Shown in pieces: positions 29,877 through 38,371 of a stretch of DNA of 64,000 bases. Each line of letters starts with the position of its first letter. Position 1 is the stretch's first letter. This DNA comes from a bacterium. GTDB lineage: Bacteria > Verrucomicrobiota > Verrucomicrobiia > Limisphaerales > RI-55. The notes under the pieces were generated by a model. That model had not been told where the DNA came from. It did no database searches and saw only the letters and a list, made by a program, of their open reading frames with translations. Location of the stretch: contig WGOC01000022.1 of assembly GCA_016124235.1 (NCBI GenBank), positions 157,923 to 221,922 on the forward strand, read 5' to 3'. The translations under genes and the position numbers were made by a program.

Positions 29877-31337
29877 TCACACCAACACGCCGTCAATCAC
29901 CTTGGCCCCGCCGGCGACGCCGGTCAGCCGTTCCTGTCGGCCGTTCGTTTCGAAGTAAAGTTCTTCGTGTCGAATTCCCATCGCGGCCAGAATCGTCGCG
30001 TGCAGATCGCGAATGTGGGTCGGTTGGTCGATCGCCATCAATCCGATATCGTCCGTCGCGCCGATTCGCGTGCCCGGTTTCACGCCGCCACCAGCCATCC
30101 AGATCGTGAACCCGGATGAATTGTGCTGGCGTCCCAGATCGCCCTGCATCATCGGAGTGCGACCAAATTCGCTGGCCCAGATCACCAGCGTTTCATCGAG
30201 CAAACCTCGTTGTTTGAGGTCCGCGAGCAACGCGGCGGCCGGTTGATCCGTCCAACGAGCGCGCGGCGTATGATTCTTTTCGAGATTCGCGTGGGCGTCC
30301 CAGCCGTCCTTGTCCGGCATGTCGTAAAGCTGCACGAAGCGGACCCCACGTTCGACGAGCCGCCGGGCGAGCAGGCACTTGCGACCGAAACCCGCCAGCT
30401 TCTTGTCGTCGTGATCGAGTCCGTAGCTCTTCTTTAAATGGTCGGGCTCGCGGTCGATGTCACCCACGTCGATCGCCGCACTCTGCATCCGATATGCCAG
30501 TTCATAGCTCGCGATGCGGGCGTCCAGTTCGGTGAACTGTTCGCGTCTCCGGCGGTGTTCGAGATCGAGTTCGTGGATCAAATCAAACGCTGCGTGCTGG
30601 CCGTCGGCGAATTCTTTGGGCGGTAACAAATCAAGCGCGGGCATGCCCTGGTCGCGCAGTCGCGTCGGTTGAAACGCTGCCGGAAGAAAGCCGTTCGAAT
30701 AGTTTGCCGCACCGCCCAGCGGACCCGCATCGAATAATAGGACGTAGCCCGGCAAATCCTGGTTCTCAGTGCCGAGTCCGTACGTCAGCCATGAGCCGAG
30801 ACTCGCCTTGCCGGCGCGAACTTCTCCCGTGTGCAATTGATAACTCGACGGCGCGTGGTTATTGCTGTCGGACTGCATCGAATGGATGAAGCACAAGTCG
30901 TCGACGTGCTTCGAGAGGTGCGGATGCAGATCGCTGATCCAGACTCCGGATTCGCCGTGTTGTTTCCATTGATACGGACTGCCAAACAGCTCGTCCTTGC
31001 AGCTTTGGAAAACGTTGGCGAAACGCGTCGCCTCCACCGCATCACGGATCGATTTCGGCACCGGTTTGCCGTTAAGCTTTTGCAGCAGCGGTTTGTAGTC
31101 GAAGGTGTCAACACTCGACGGACCGCCAACCATGAACAGGAAGATCACCGATTTGGCGCGTGGCGCAAAGTGAGGTTTGCGCGCGGCAAATGGATTCAAT
31201 GGATCGATTGAAACGGCTGGCGCGTGGGCCGCATTGGCTTCCAGTTGAAACAACGAGTTCAACGCGAGCGCCCCAAAGCCGGTGCCCATCGTGCCGAGAA
31301 ACCGGCGGCGTGAACAATTGCAGGGGGACGCAAACAT
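29877..31337 (-). CDS. DUF1501 domain-containing protein (sulfatase-like fold), Tat signal
   Basis: SRRRFLGTMGTGFGALAL twin-arginine signal. FLFMVGGPSSVDTFDYKP and WASEFGRTP..... DLGRQHN are typical of DUF1501. Confidence 0.85.
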   Translation of the reverse strand: MFASPCNCSRRRFLGTMGTGFGALALNSLFQLEANAAHAPAVSIDPLNPFAARKPHFAPRAKSVIFLFMVGGPSSVDTFDYKPLLQKLNGKPVPKSIRDAVEATRFANVFQSCKDELFGSPYQWKQHGESGVWISDLHPHLSKHVDDLCFIHSMQSDSNNHAPSSYQLHTGEVRAGKASLGSWLTYGLGTENQDLPGYVLLFDAGPLGGAANYSNGFLPAAFQPTRLRDQGMPALDLLPPKEFADGQHAAFDLIHELDLEHRRRREQFTELDARIASYELAYRMQSAAIDVGDIDREPDHLKKSYGLDHDDKKLAGFGRKCLLARRLVERGVRFVQLYDMPDKDGWDAHANLEKNHTPRARWTDQPAAALLADLKQRGLLDETLVIWASEFGRTPMMQGDLGRQHNSSGFTIWMAGGGVKPGTRIGATDDIGLMAIDQPTHIRDLHATILAAMGIRHEELYFETNGRQERLTGVAGGAKVIDGVLV

Positions 31338-31590
31338 GGGGACACTCTGCTACAAGCCGGCCGGGCGAGCCAACTTGATTTTGAACCGGCAATCTGTTCC
31401 GTGGTGGCAGTAAACCGGCGATCTCCCCACCGCTCTTGAACCAAAGTGGGTGGGGCGGTCTCTCCGAGACTGCCTTGGTTCTCCCGAGCGCTTTTCAGGC
31501 GCGCACGGAGTGCCCGCCCCACCTGCGGCCCAGTTCAACGTCCTGGTTCAAAGCATTTGCAACCCCGACCGATTTCCCCAATATCTCCTC

Positions 31591-34185
31591 ATGCTCACCC
31601 GGATGCTGGCCCTGCTGGCCGTTGCTCTGCCCACCGCGTTGCGGGCGGATAACGCGGCGGAGCGGCATTTCCTCGACAAGGTCAAACCGCTTTTGGAGTC
31701 GCGCTGCGTGAGTTGCCATGGCCCGGACAAGGTGAAGGGCGGCTTGCGGCTCGATTCACGCGAAGCGGTTTTGAAGGGCGGCGAAAATGGCCCGGCATTG
31801 GAACGGGGAAAACCCGGCGATAGTCTTCTGCTTCAGGCGGTGCTCCACACGAAGAAGGATCTGGAGATGCCGCCCAAGGAAAAGCTGACCCCGCAGGACA
31901 TCGCCGTGCTCGAACAGTGGATTCGTGACGGCGCGCCGTGGCCGATGGAGTCCAAAATTGCCGCGCTGGAAAAGCCGGTCCAGCCCGGCGAGCGGATCGG
32001 TGATGCTTGGTCAGATCCTCGAAATCCGATCGTCCGCATCTTCGGCGGCCAACGACTCGATCTCTGGTCGTTCAAACCGGTGCAACGCCCGGCAATTCCT
32101 GATTTGCCGAGTGCTGAAAGCGGAGCGGCCTGCCGCAACCCGATAGACGCTTTCATCCAATTGCGGCTCGCGGAGCATCATCTAAAACCTGCGCCCGAGG
32201 CGGATCGTCGCACGCTCGTGCGCCGGTTGTATTTTGATCTCACCGGCCTGCCGCCAACGCCCGTGGAAGTTGCCGCGTTCGTCGCGGACGAATCACCCGA
32301 CGCCTACGAGCGGCTCGTGGACCGATTGCTTATGTCCCCGCGTTACGGCGAACATTGGGCGCGGCAATGGTTGGACGTCGTGCGTTACAGCGACAGCAAC
32401 GGATTTGACTGGGACGAATTTCGCAAACAAGCCTGGCGTTTCCGTGACTACGTCATCCGCTCGTTCAACGCGGACAAACCGTTCAACGAATTCATCCGTG
32501 AACAACTCGCCGGCGATGAACTCGTGGATGGCTCGCCGAAGAACCAGGCCGACCGTGACCGGCTGATCGCCACCGGCTATCTGCGCGTCGGGCCGCAGGA
32601 CAATTCTGCGCCGCTTTTCAAGGAGGAGGATCGCGCGCGCTCCGAATGGCTCGCCGACCTTACCGAGACGACCGGCAGCGCGTTTCTCGGCCTCACACTT
32701 ACCTGCTGCCGTTGCCACGATCACAAATTTGATCCGCTCAGCCAGGCCGACAACTTCCGCATCCGCGCCTTCTTCGAGCCGATTCACTATGCCGACAACG
32801 AACCAATTGACCTCGCGCCCAAACAGGATCAGATCAAGACCCACAACGAGGAACTCGACGGGAAAATCAAACCGCTCGAAAAGCACCGTGACGAATTGAT
32901 CGACGGCGTCAAAAACCGGTTGCGCGAAGAACGCAGCCAGAAGCTTTCCGCGGACGAACGCGCGTTGCTCGAACTACCGGAAGACAAACGGTCGGATGAA
33001 CAGAAGAAACAAATCGAGGCAATCGAGAAGAAGCTGAAGCCCAGCGACGAAGACGTGAAGAAGTCCTCAACCGATGACGAAAAGGCGCGCAAAAAGGAAT
33101 TCGACCGGGCGATCCGCAAGCTGGAAAAGGAGAAACTCGATTACACCTATGGCCTGCTCGCGACCGACCGGACCAACGACGTGCCCGTGACGCGCATTCT
33201 CTTTCAGGGCAATCACAAGGATCCGCGCGATCCGGTCGCGCCGGGATTCATTTCCGCGCTGGACCCAAACCCGGCGAAGCTTTGCCGTCCGCCCAATGAC
33301 GCGACGACCGGTCGTCGACTCACGCTGGCCAACTGGATCGCGTCCGACAAAAATCCATTCACCGCGCGCGTCATTGTGAACCGCATCTGGCAGGGACACT
33401 TCGGCGTCGGCTTGGTCGCCACGCCGAATGACTTTGGTTTTGCCGGCGCGCGTCCGACGCATCCGGAATTGCTCGACTGGCTCGCGAGCGAATTCATGGG
33501 GAACGGTTGGTCGCTCAAGAAACTTCACCGACTCATCATAACCAGCGCCACCTATCGACAGGCCAGCGCCGGCGATGGCGAGGCGGCCGAACACGAGGCT
33601 GACCCGAACAACCAGTTTTACTGGCGGCAAAACCTGCACCGGCTGACCGCCGAACAACTCCGCGACGCGATGCTGTTCGTGTCAGGCACGCTCAACGACA
33701 AATCGGGCGGCCCGCCGGTCTGGCCCGAACTGCCGGCCGAGGTCATGCAGGCCAATCCGGCGTTCCTCGACGACAACGCGGAAAAGACCAAGGGCTGGTA
33801 TCCGTCGCCGGCGGCGGAGCAGGGCGCCCGCAGCATTTTCCTCGTGCAGAAGCGCACCGTTCGCATCCCGTTCCTGGAGACGTTTGACCTGCCCTCGAAC
33901 GAGGTGTCGTGTCCGCGCCGCCAGGAATCCGTCGTCGCGCCGCAGGCGTTTTCACTGTTGAACAGCCCGCTGGCGATCGACACGGCCCGCGCCTTTGCCC
34001 ACCGGATTGAAAATGAAAAGCCGGCGGATCATCACGCCGAAGTGAAATGCGCCTTTCAACTCGCTTTTCAACGCCCGCCCACCGCGCACGAGATGGAAGC
34101 GTGTGTTCGACTGGTGAACGAACGCGGCCTCACCGAATTCTGCCGCGTGCTCATCAACCTGAACGAGTTCGTGTTTGTGGATTGA
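31591..34185 (+). CDS. PSCyt1 / DUF1549 / DUF1553 (PSD1) domain protein
   Basis: The ATG at 31591 gives the signal peptide MLTRMLALLAVALPTALRA. Heme-type motif CVSCHGPDKVKGGLRLD, DUF1549 segment RRLYFDLTGLPPTP, CCRCHDHKFDP, and DUF1553 segment NRIWQGHFG. Confidence 0.85.
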   Translation: MLTRMLALLAVALPTALRADNAAERHFLDKVKPLLESRCVSCHGPDKVKGGLRLDSREAVLKGGENGPALERGKPGDSLLLQAVLHTKKDLEMPPKEKLTPQDIAVLEQWIRDGAPWPMESKIAALEKPVQPGERIGDAWSDPRNPIVRIFGGQRLDLWSFKPVQRPAIPDLPSAESGAACRNPIDAFIQLRLAEHHLKPAPEADRRTLVRRLYFDLTGLPPTPVEVAAFVADESPDAYERLVDRLLMSPRYGEHWARQWLDVVRYSDSNGFDWDEFRKQAWRFRDYVIRSFNADKPFNEFIREQLAGDELVDGSPKNQADRDRLIATGYLRVGPQDNSAPLFKEEDRARSEWLADLTETTGSAFLGLTLTCCRCHDHKFDPLSQADNFRIRAFFEPIHYADNEPIDLAPKQDQIKTHNEELDGKIKPLEKHRDELIDGVKNRLREERSQKLSADERALLELPEDKRSDEQKKQIEAIEKKLKPSDEDVKKSSTDDEKARKKEFDRAIRKLEKEKLDYTYGLLATDRTNDVPVTRILFQGNHKDPRDPVAPGFISALDPNPAKLCRPPNDATTGRRLTLANWIASDKNPFTARVIVNRIWQGHFGVGLVATPNDFGFAGARPTHPELLDWLASEFMGNGWSLKKLHRLIITSATYRQASAGDGEAAEHEADPNNQFYWRQNLHRLTAEQLRDAMLFVSGTLNDKSGGPPVWPELPAEVMQANPAFLDDNAEKTKGWYPSPAAEQGARSIFLVQKRTVRIPFLETFDLPSNEVSCPRRQESVVAPQAFSLLNSPLAIDTARAFAHRIENEKPADHHAEVKCAFQLAFQRPPTAHEMEACVRLVNERGLTEFCRVLINLNEFVFVD

Positions 34186-34351
34186 TAAAGCACCTTTGGG
34201 CATTTTCGGAAGTGGGTTGCCCCAACGGGGCAATGTCATTCAGCCCAGGGTTGGAGCAACGCGACTATCGACGACGAGGACCCGCCTTCGCCTGACAACG
34301 GCTTCGGCGCGGCAGGCGAGGACGATGGGTTATAACGTGGTAGTTCGCGAT

Positions 34352-34387
34352 CGATCTGTGCGGACCGCGCGAAGGATTGTTCCAAAA
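34352..34387 (+). repeat. left-end bipartite repeat (CGATCTGTGCGG-N14-TGTTCCAAAA)
   Basis: CGATCTGTGCGGAC (34352-34365) is the exact reverse complement of 49687-49700. TGTTCCAAA (34378-34386) matches the complement of 49667-49675. It lies 70 nt beyond the stop of the MuB-like gene. Confidence 0.8.
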
Positions 34388-34457
34388 TCCGTCCGTACGC
34401 TCAGACGGGCCGCTTGGCGGCCTCTCCTTAAATCAGTTTTGCTAACAGCCGGAAGCG

Positions 34458-35969
34458 TCAACCGGCGAGGGCTGAGGCTTCCGGAAATCGGTGTTCGTGC
34501 GCTTCGGTAACTGGCACGGTGCCGCGTCGCTTGGTCGTCAGTTTCATGACGTTGCCGGGCAACTGCCGCGATGCCGCAGCACTGGGGCCGCGTGCCGGCC
34601 GCGCGGTTGCGTTTTGCCTGCCGAGAGCTTTCGTCTTTGCGAGCAAGGTGGGTTCGATTACCTCTTTCATTGCTCGTTCCAAGTCGGTCGATTTGATGGT
34701 GTCGCGTCCGGATTCTTCGGCGAGTGCTTGTGCCTCGGTGACGATGTCCTTGATCGCATCGAGCTGGTGTTCTTTCAGTGATGCGTAGGCGGCCACGACA
34801 CCCACAAGCGTTTCGCTGGCACCGGGCAGAAGCGCGCGTGCGACGATGCGCAGATCTGAATCCCCCAGACGTGGGGGCAGTTCCACGAATCGTTTGGAGC
34901 GACGCAGAAACTGTCCTGAGTTCCAGCCCGTGCATTTCTCGACGTTGGCGGCGAGCTGCGAAAACTGAGGCGTCGCAATGAGTGCCACGGGCACGCCAAA
35001 ATTGTTGAGTCCGGAATAGAGCCAGTCCAACAGGACTGGCCGGGCCACAACGCGCTTGGTTTGCGGCAGGAGGTAATGCCCTTCATCGATCACCAGCATC
35101 AAACCCGATCGCCGCAGAACGTCCGTCGCGCGGGGTTTCATTTCGTTGACCTTGCGCATGTAGGAACACGCGACGCCAACGGCGGCCGCCAGCTCACGAA
35201 AGAACTCGGTTTGATTCGTGGTGCTCGTGAGCGATACCCGCCGCACTTCGCCCTCGTGTGCGGCACACCAGGCGTTGACTGCTTCGGTCTTGCCGATGCC
35301 TTCACGACCTTCAATGACGATCATCTGATGGGTTCGCCGGCAGAAATCCAGTTGCTTCCAAATCGTCTGCCCCACCGACGTTAGAGCGTGAGCGTCGGCC
35401 GCGCGTTTGCAGTCGCGATGCATCAACTCCAGGAGCGACCCAAGCAAGTCCCTGAAGTAAGGGACCGCCGCCGTGCGGAATCCTTCCCGCACGTGCTCAC
35501 CGGTGAGACGGCTCACATCAGGAAGAACCTGTTCCATCACGTTGCGCTGATAACCGGCGCTCAGGTTGTCCGCGTCCGAATCCAATTCGATGTATGGGTT
35601 GACGCAGATTTGAATGAGATGCCTCGGGAGCTTTTCCAGCGCGACTTTTTGGTAATCAGTTCCGGTCGCCATCGCCGATTCACCCGACGCACGCGCGCCT
35701 CGATTCGATCCGGTCTTGCGCGCGGTTGGCGTGGGAAGATTTTCTGGAAACATTTCGACCAGGTCTCGCGCGATTGCCAACAGACCGCCGGGCATCTGGC
35801 TTCGTCCCTGAATCCAGAACAGCAAACGTTTGAGTTCGCTCCCGGTGAGCAAGCCCGCCTTCGCGGTCGTGGCCAGTCCGTTGATACTGCGCAAGGCAAC
35901 ATACTCTTCGGAGGACATCCAACGCTCCTGTGAGAGCGCGTCGCCACTGTTCTTAATCCGCGTCGTCAT
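34458..35969 (-). CDS. AAA+ ATPase, MuB/TniB/TnsC-like transposition protein
   Basis: Walker A GREGIGKT and Walker B LMLVIDEGHYL in the C-terminal two-thirds. The start overlaps the transposase stop (4 nt). 503 aa with a ~220-aa N-terminal extension. Confidence 0.75.
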   Translation of the reverse strand: MTTRIKNSGDALSQERWMSSEEYVALRSINGLATTAKAGLLTGSELKRLLFWIQGRSQMPGGLLAIARDLVEMFPENLPTPTARKTGSNRGARASGESAMATGTDYQKVALEKLPRHLIQICVNPYIELDSDADNLSAGYQRNVMEQVLPDVSRLTGEHVREGFRTAAVPYFRDLLGSLLELMHRDCKRAADAHALTSVGQTIWKQLDFCRRTHQMIVIEGREGIGKTEAVNAWCAAHEGEVRRVSLTSTTNQTEFFRELAAAVGVACSYMRKVNEMKPRATDVLRRSGLMLVIDEGHYLLPQTKRVVARPVLLDWLYSGLNNFGVPVALIATPQFSQLAANVEKCTGWNSGQFLRRSKRFVELPPRLGDSDLRIVARALLPGASETLVGVVAAYASLKEHQLDAIKDIVTEAQALAEESGRDTIKSTDLERAMKEVIEPTLLAKTKALGRQNATARPARGPSAAASRQLPGNVMKLTTKRRGTVPVTEAHEHRFPEASALAG

Positions 35970-38371
35970 GCCGTTTCTCCTTCCTCCTCTTTGGCGCGGC
36001 GCAACAGTTCGGCCAGATTCGCGGAGCCTGAATCAATATCTGCAGACCGTGATACCGTGGCGGAACTCAAGCCGAGCTTGTTCAAACGAGTGCGGCCCTG
36101 GTGCTCGCGACGTTCCTTGTCTTCACGTCGGCGGACGGTGTCAGTCCGCTGGCGTTCGATCTCTGCGCCAAGGGCCACCACCTTTCGGTCAACCAGGTTG
36201 ACGCGGAAGCTGAGTTCATGCTTCGACTTCAGCGTGCGATGTACGCCGGCCCAGTAGCGTTGGTGCCTTTGCACCTTGGCCGTTTCATCGGCAAAGGTTG
36301 CGTCCGGTTCGTCAAGCAACACGGCCAGAGCGTTGGGTTGGCGGCAACGTTCGATCGCTATCGGGTTCTCCTGTTTCATGTCGGTGACCACCAGCACGTC
36401 GGGAAGTTCGGGATCGATCCAGGCCAGCATGCGACGGCCTTCCATCGGCGAGAGATCTTCGTGGCGATAGGTGAACTTCTCCCCGCGCAAATTAAAGCTG
36501 ACCGCGCCGCCGCGAATGACCACCGGCTTGCGATGATGCGCCAACCAGTGGCGGCAACGCGCATCCAGTTTGACGATGTCATTCTTCGGCCACCATTTAT
36601 TGAACGCTTCCTCAGGGGAAAGGCCGCGCAGGTGTTTGCCTTCTTGGGGAGTCGCGTTGTACGTGGCGACATGAACGGCAAAGCGGTCTGCCCATTCTTC
36701 GATCGAATAGAATTGGTTGAGCGCAGAGGCTTCGCCGCGCCGTGCTTCCTTCAATAGGTTGGTCAACGCTTCCGGACGATCGTAACGCTCTTCGCGGCCG
36801 CAGTATCCCAATTCGCCGTCGGTCAGATTCTGCAGGAGCCCGATCACCAGTTCCACCGGCTTTGAGCGTGCGCGCCGTGCAGTGATGATGCGAACGCCCA
36901 GACGTTGCAGACCCAATTCGCGCTCCGCCGAGGGGATGTCATCCCAACCGGGAGCCCGCATCGCTTGCATCGTTTGTTTGCCGCCGGTCATCAGCTTGGA
37001 TTCGGCAAACACTTTGCCGCGCTCCAGATAGATGGCCTTGGGTATGCCAAACTCTTCAATCGCCTTCGCGGTGACCGTGAACGCAAGCAGGGAGTTGGGT
37101 TGCTCTTCGGGAATGATGCCGAAATGCAGAACGCGCAACGTGCGCAGATCGATGATCAGAATGATCTGGCCACGCGTGAGCTTCCAGCTGCCATCGGGCA
37201 ACGGCCAGCGCAGATAGAGATTCCAGGTCGCGTCATCGATGACCAGGCAGTCCATCGGCCGGATGCCATCGTATGAAAGATCCATCGGCGGTGATGCTTT
37301 ATCGGCCGCACGAGGTCCTTGATGGAATGGGGCGATCGCTGCGATGGCTGGTGTCACCTCGCGCCGCAGTGTTTCCGGAACGTATGATTTGCGAGCGCCC
37401 AGCTTGCCGCCTTTAACTTCGCGCACAGCCGGGGCCACGCGTCCCCGAAATTTGCGCAGCGACGTGTAAACAATGCGCTCCAGTTCTTCGGTGTTCAGCA
37501 CCTTGGCGCGCGCCGCATTGGCTGACGGTCGTTTGTCGCGCAGTTCCTCCCCGGCCTGGTACCGCCGCCAAGCACGATCGAACGTGACTCGTAATGCGTT
37601 CCGATTGGCTGCCAGTCCGGGCGCTTGCGCCATCAGGAAGGCGAAGAGTTTCTCACGCGCGGCTTTCTGGGTGATGCCACGATCGAATTGCGCCTGGCAC
37701 CATTCGCAAGCGTGAGTGAGCAACAATTCTTTTTCGTCGGCGGAAATTTGGAGCGGCGAATTCAGGCCATCGATGACGCGGGCAAGCGCGCCCCATGAAT
37801 CGGACGGCGGCCGTGAATTGGTCGCTCGACGTGCCGGCTGTTTTCGAGCCGGCCGTTCCGGCAGATAGATTTCGATCGCGTCCAGTGGCCAGCTGTTGCC
37901 GGCCCGGTCCAACGTGCGCTGAAATAATTCCCGCCAGTAGCGATCGGTGATCGGATGACCGAACTCGCGTTGATAATCTTCGCGGCCCATCGCCACCAGT
38001 TCACTTCCGGAGAATGTTGTGTCGTCACGGCGGGCAATCGCTCGAACGAGGGCGCGTCGCAACCGCGTGGCCTGCATCACAGCCTCTTCGGTGCAATCGC
38101 TCATCGCGACTTTTGGGGACCAGGCGTTAGCGGCATGGTCAAACGTGAGGAGCTGAACCGGGGAGGAAAATTGTTGTCGCTGGCTTTCGGTTTGCAGCTC
38201 TTGCTGAAGAGCAAATGGAAGCGAACCAAACAACCATGCACGGCGGCCGCCACCATCGAAATCAGGCGCCACGTGCGCGAGCCGGCGACGCATGACGCGC
38301 TCGCTGGCGCGCATTGCCCGGGCGATTTGTGCGGCGGTTACTAATTCAGATTGGTTGCCGCGTTCGCTCAT
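35966..38371 (-). CDS. MuA-like DDE (RNase H-fold, rve-type) transposase
   Basis: Core VIDDATWNLYL...LIIDLRTLRVLHFGI...AIYLERGKVF...KPVELVIGLL follows the rve pattern (D.T / viD..sR.i.g / DnG.eF / P..kg.iEr). Spacing D380-70-E450-57-E507 resembles MuA (67/56, from memory). N-terminal HTH-like segments are present. 801 aa. Confidence 0.8.
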   Translation of the reverse strand: MSERGNQSELVTAAQIARAMRASERVMRRRLAHVAPDFDGGGRRAWLFGSLPFALQQELQTESQRQQFSSPVQLLTFDHAANAWSPKVAMSDCTEEAVMQATRLRRALVRAIARRDDTTFSGSELVAMGREDYQREFGHPITDRYWRELFQRTLDRAGNSWPLDAIEIYLPERPARKQPARRATNSRPPSDSWGALARVIDGLNSPLQISADEKELLLTHACEWCQAQFDRGITQKAAREKLFAFLMAQAPGLAANRNALRVTFDRAWRRYQAGEELRDKRPSANAARAKVLNTEELERIVYTSLRKFRGRVAPAVREVKGGKLGARKSYVPETLRREVTPAIAAIAPFHQGPRAADKASPPMDLSYDGIRPMDCLVIDDATWNLYLRWPLPDGSWKLTRGQIILIIDLRTLRVLHFGIIPEEQPNSLLAFTVTAKAIEEFGIPKAIYLERGKVFAESKLMTGGKQTMQAMRAPGWDDIPSAERELGLQRLGVRIITARRARSKPVELVIGLLQNLTDGELGYCGREERYDRPEALTNLLKEARRGEASALNQFYSIEEWADRFAVHVATYNATPQEGKHLRGLSPEEAFNKWWPKNDIVKLDARCRHWLAHHRKPVVIRGGAVSFNLRGEKFTYRHEDLSPMEGRRMLAWIDPELPDVLVVTDMKQENPIAIERCRQPNALAVLLDEPDATFADETAKVQRHQRYWAGVHRTLKSKHELSFRVNLVDRKVVALGAEIERQRTDTVRRREDKERREHQGRTRLNKLGLSSATVSRSADIDSGSANLAELLRRAKEEEGETA

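Noticed and set aside
29877-34185. Divergent DUF1501 / PSD1 arrangement as something unusual
   Set aside because: These two families are routinely paired in PVC genomes. The divergent orientation is a minor variation and not evidence of a new system.
34217-34233. Hairpin TTGCCCC-AAC-GGGGCAA after the PSD1 gene as a terminator
   Set aside because: The 7-bp stem is perfect, but no T-run follows. It is kept only as a possible weak or Rho-assisted terminator and is not reported as a feature.
34186-34351. Search for a duplicated tRNA-Val 3' fragment (attL/attR-type direct repeat) at the left border of the element
   Set aside because: No fragment of the tRNA 3' half (TGGTGCGCGATACAGGGTTCGAACC) was found by eye, and no integrase is encoded. 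Classical tRNA-targeted site-specific integration is therefore not supported.
34330-34935. 201-aa minus-strand ORF overlapping the 3' part of the MuB-like gene and running into the left repeat
   Set aside because: It is extremely Arg-rich and sits in an alternate frame of a motif-supported gene.
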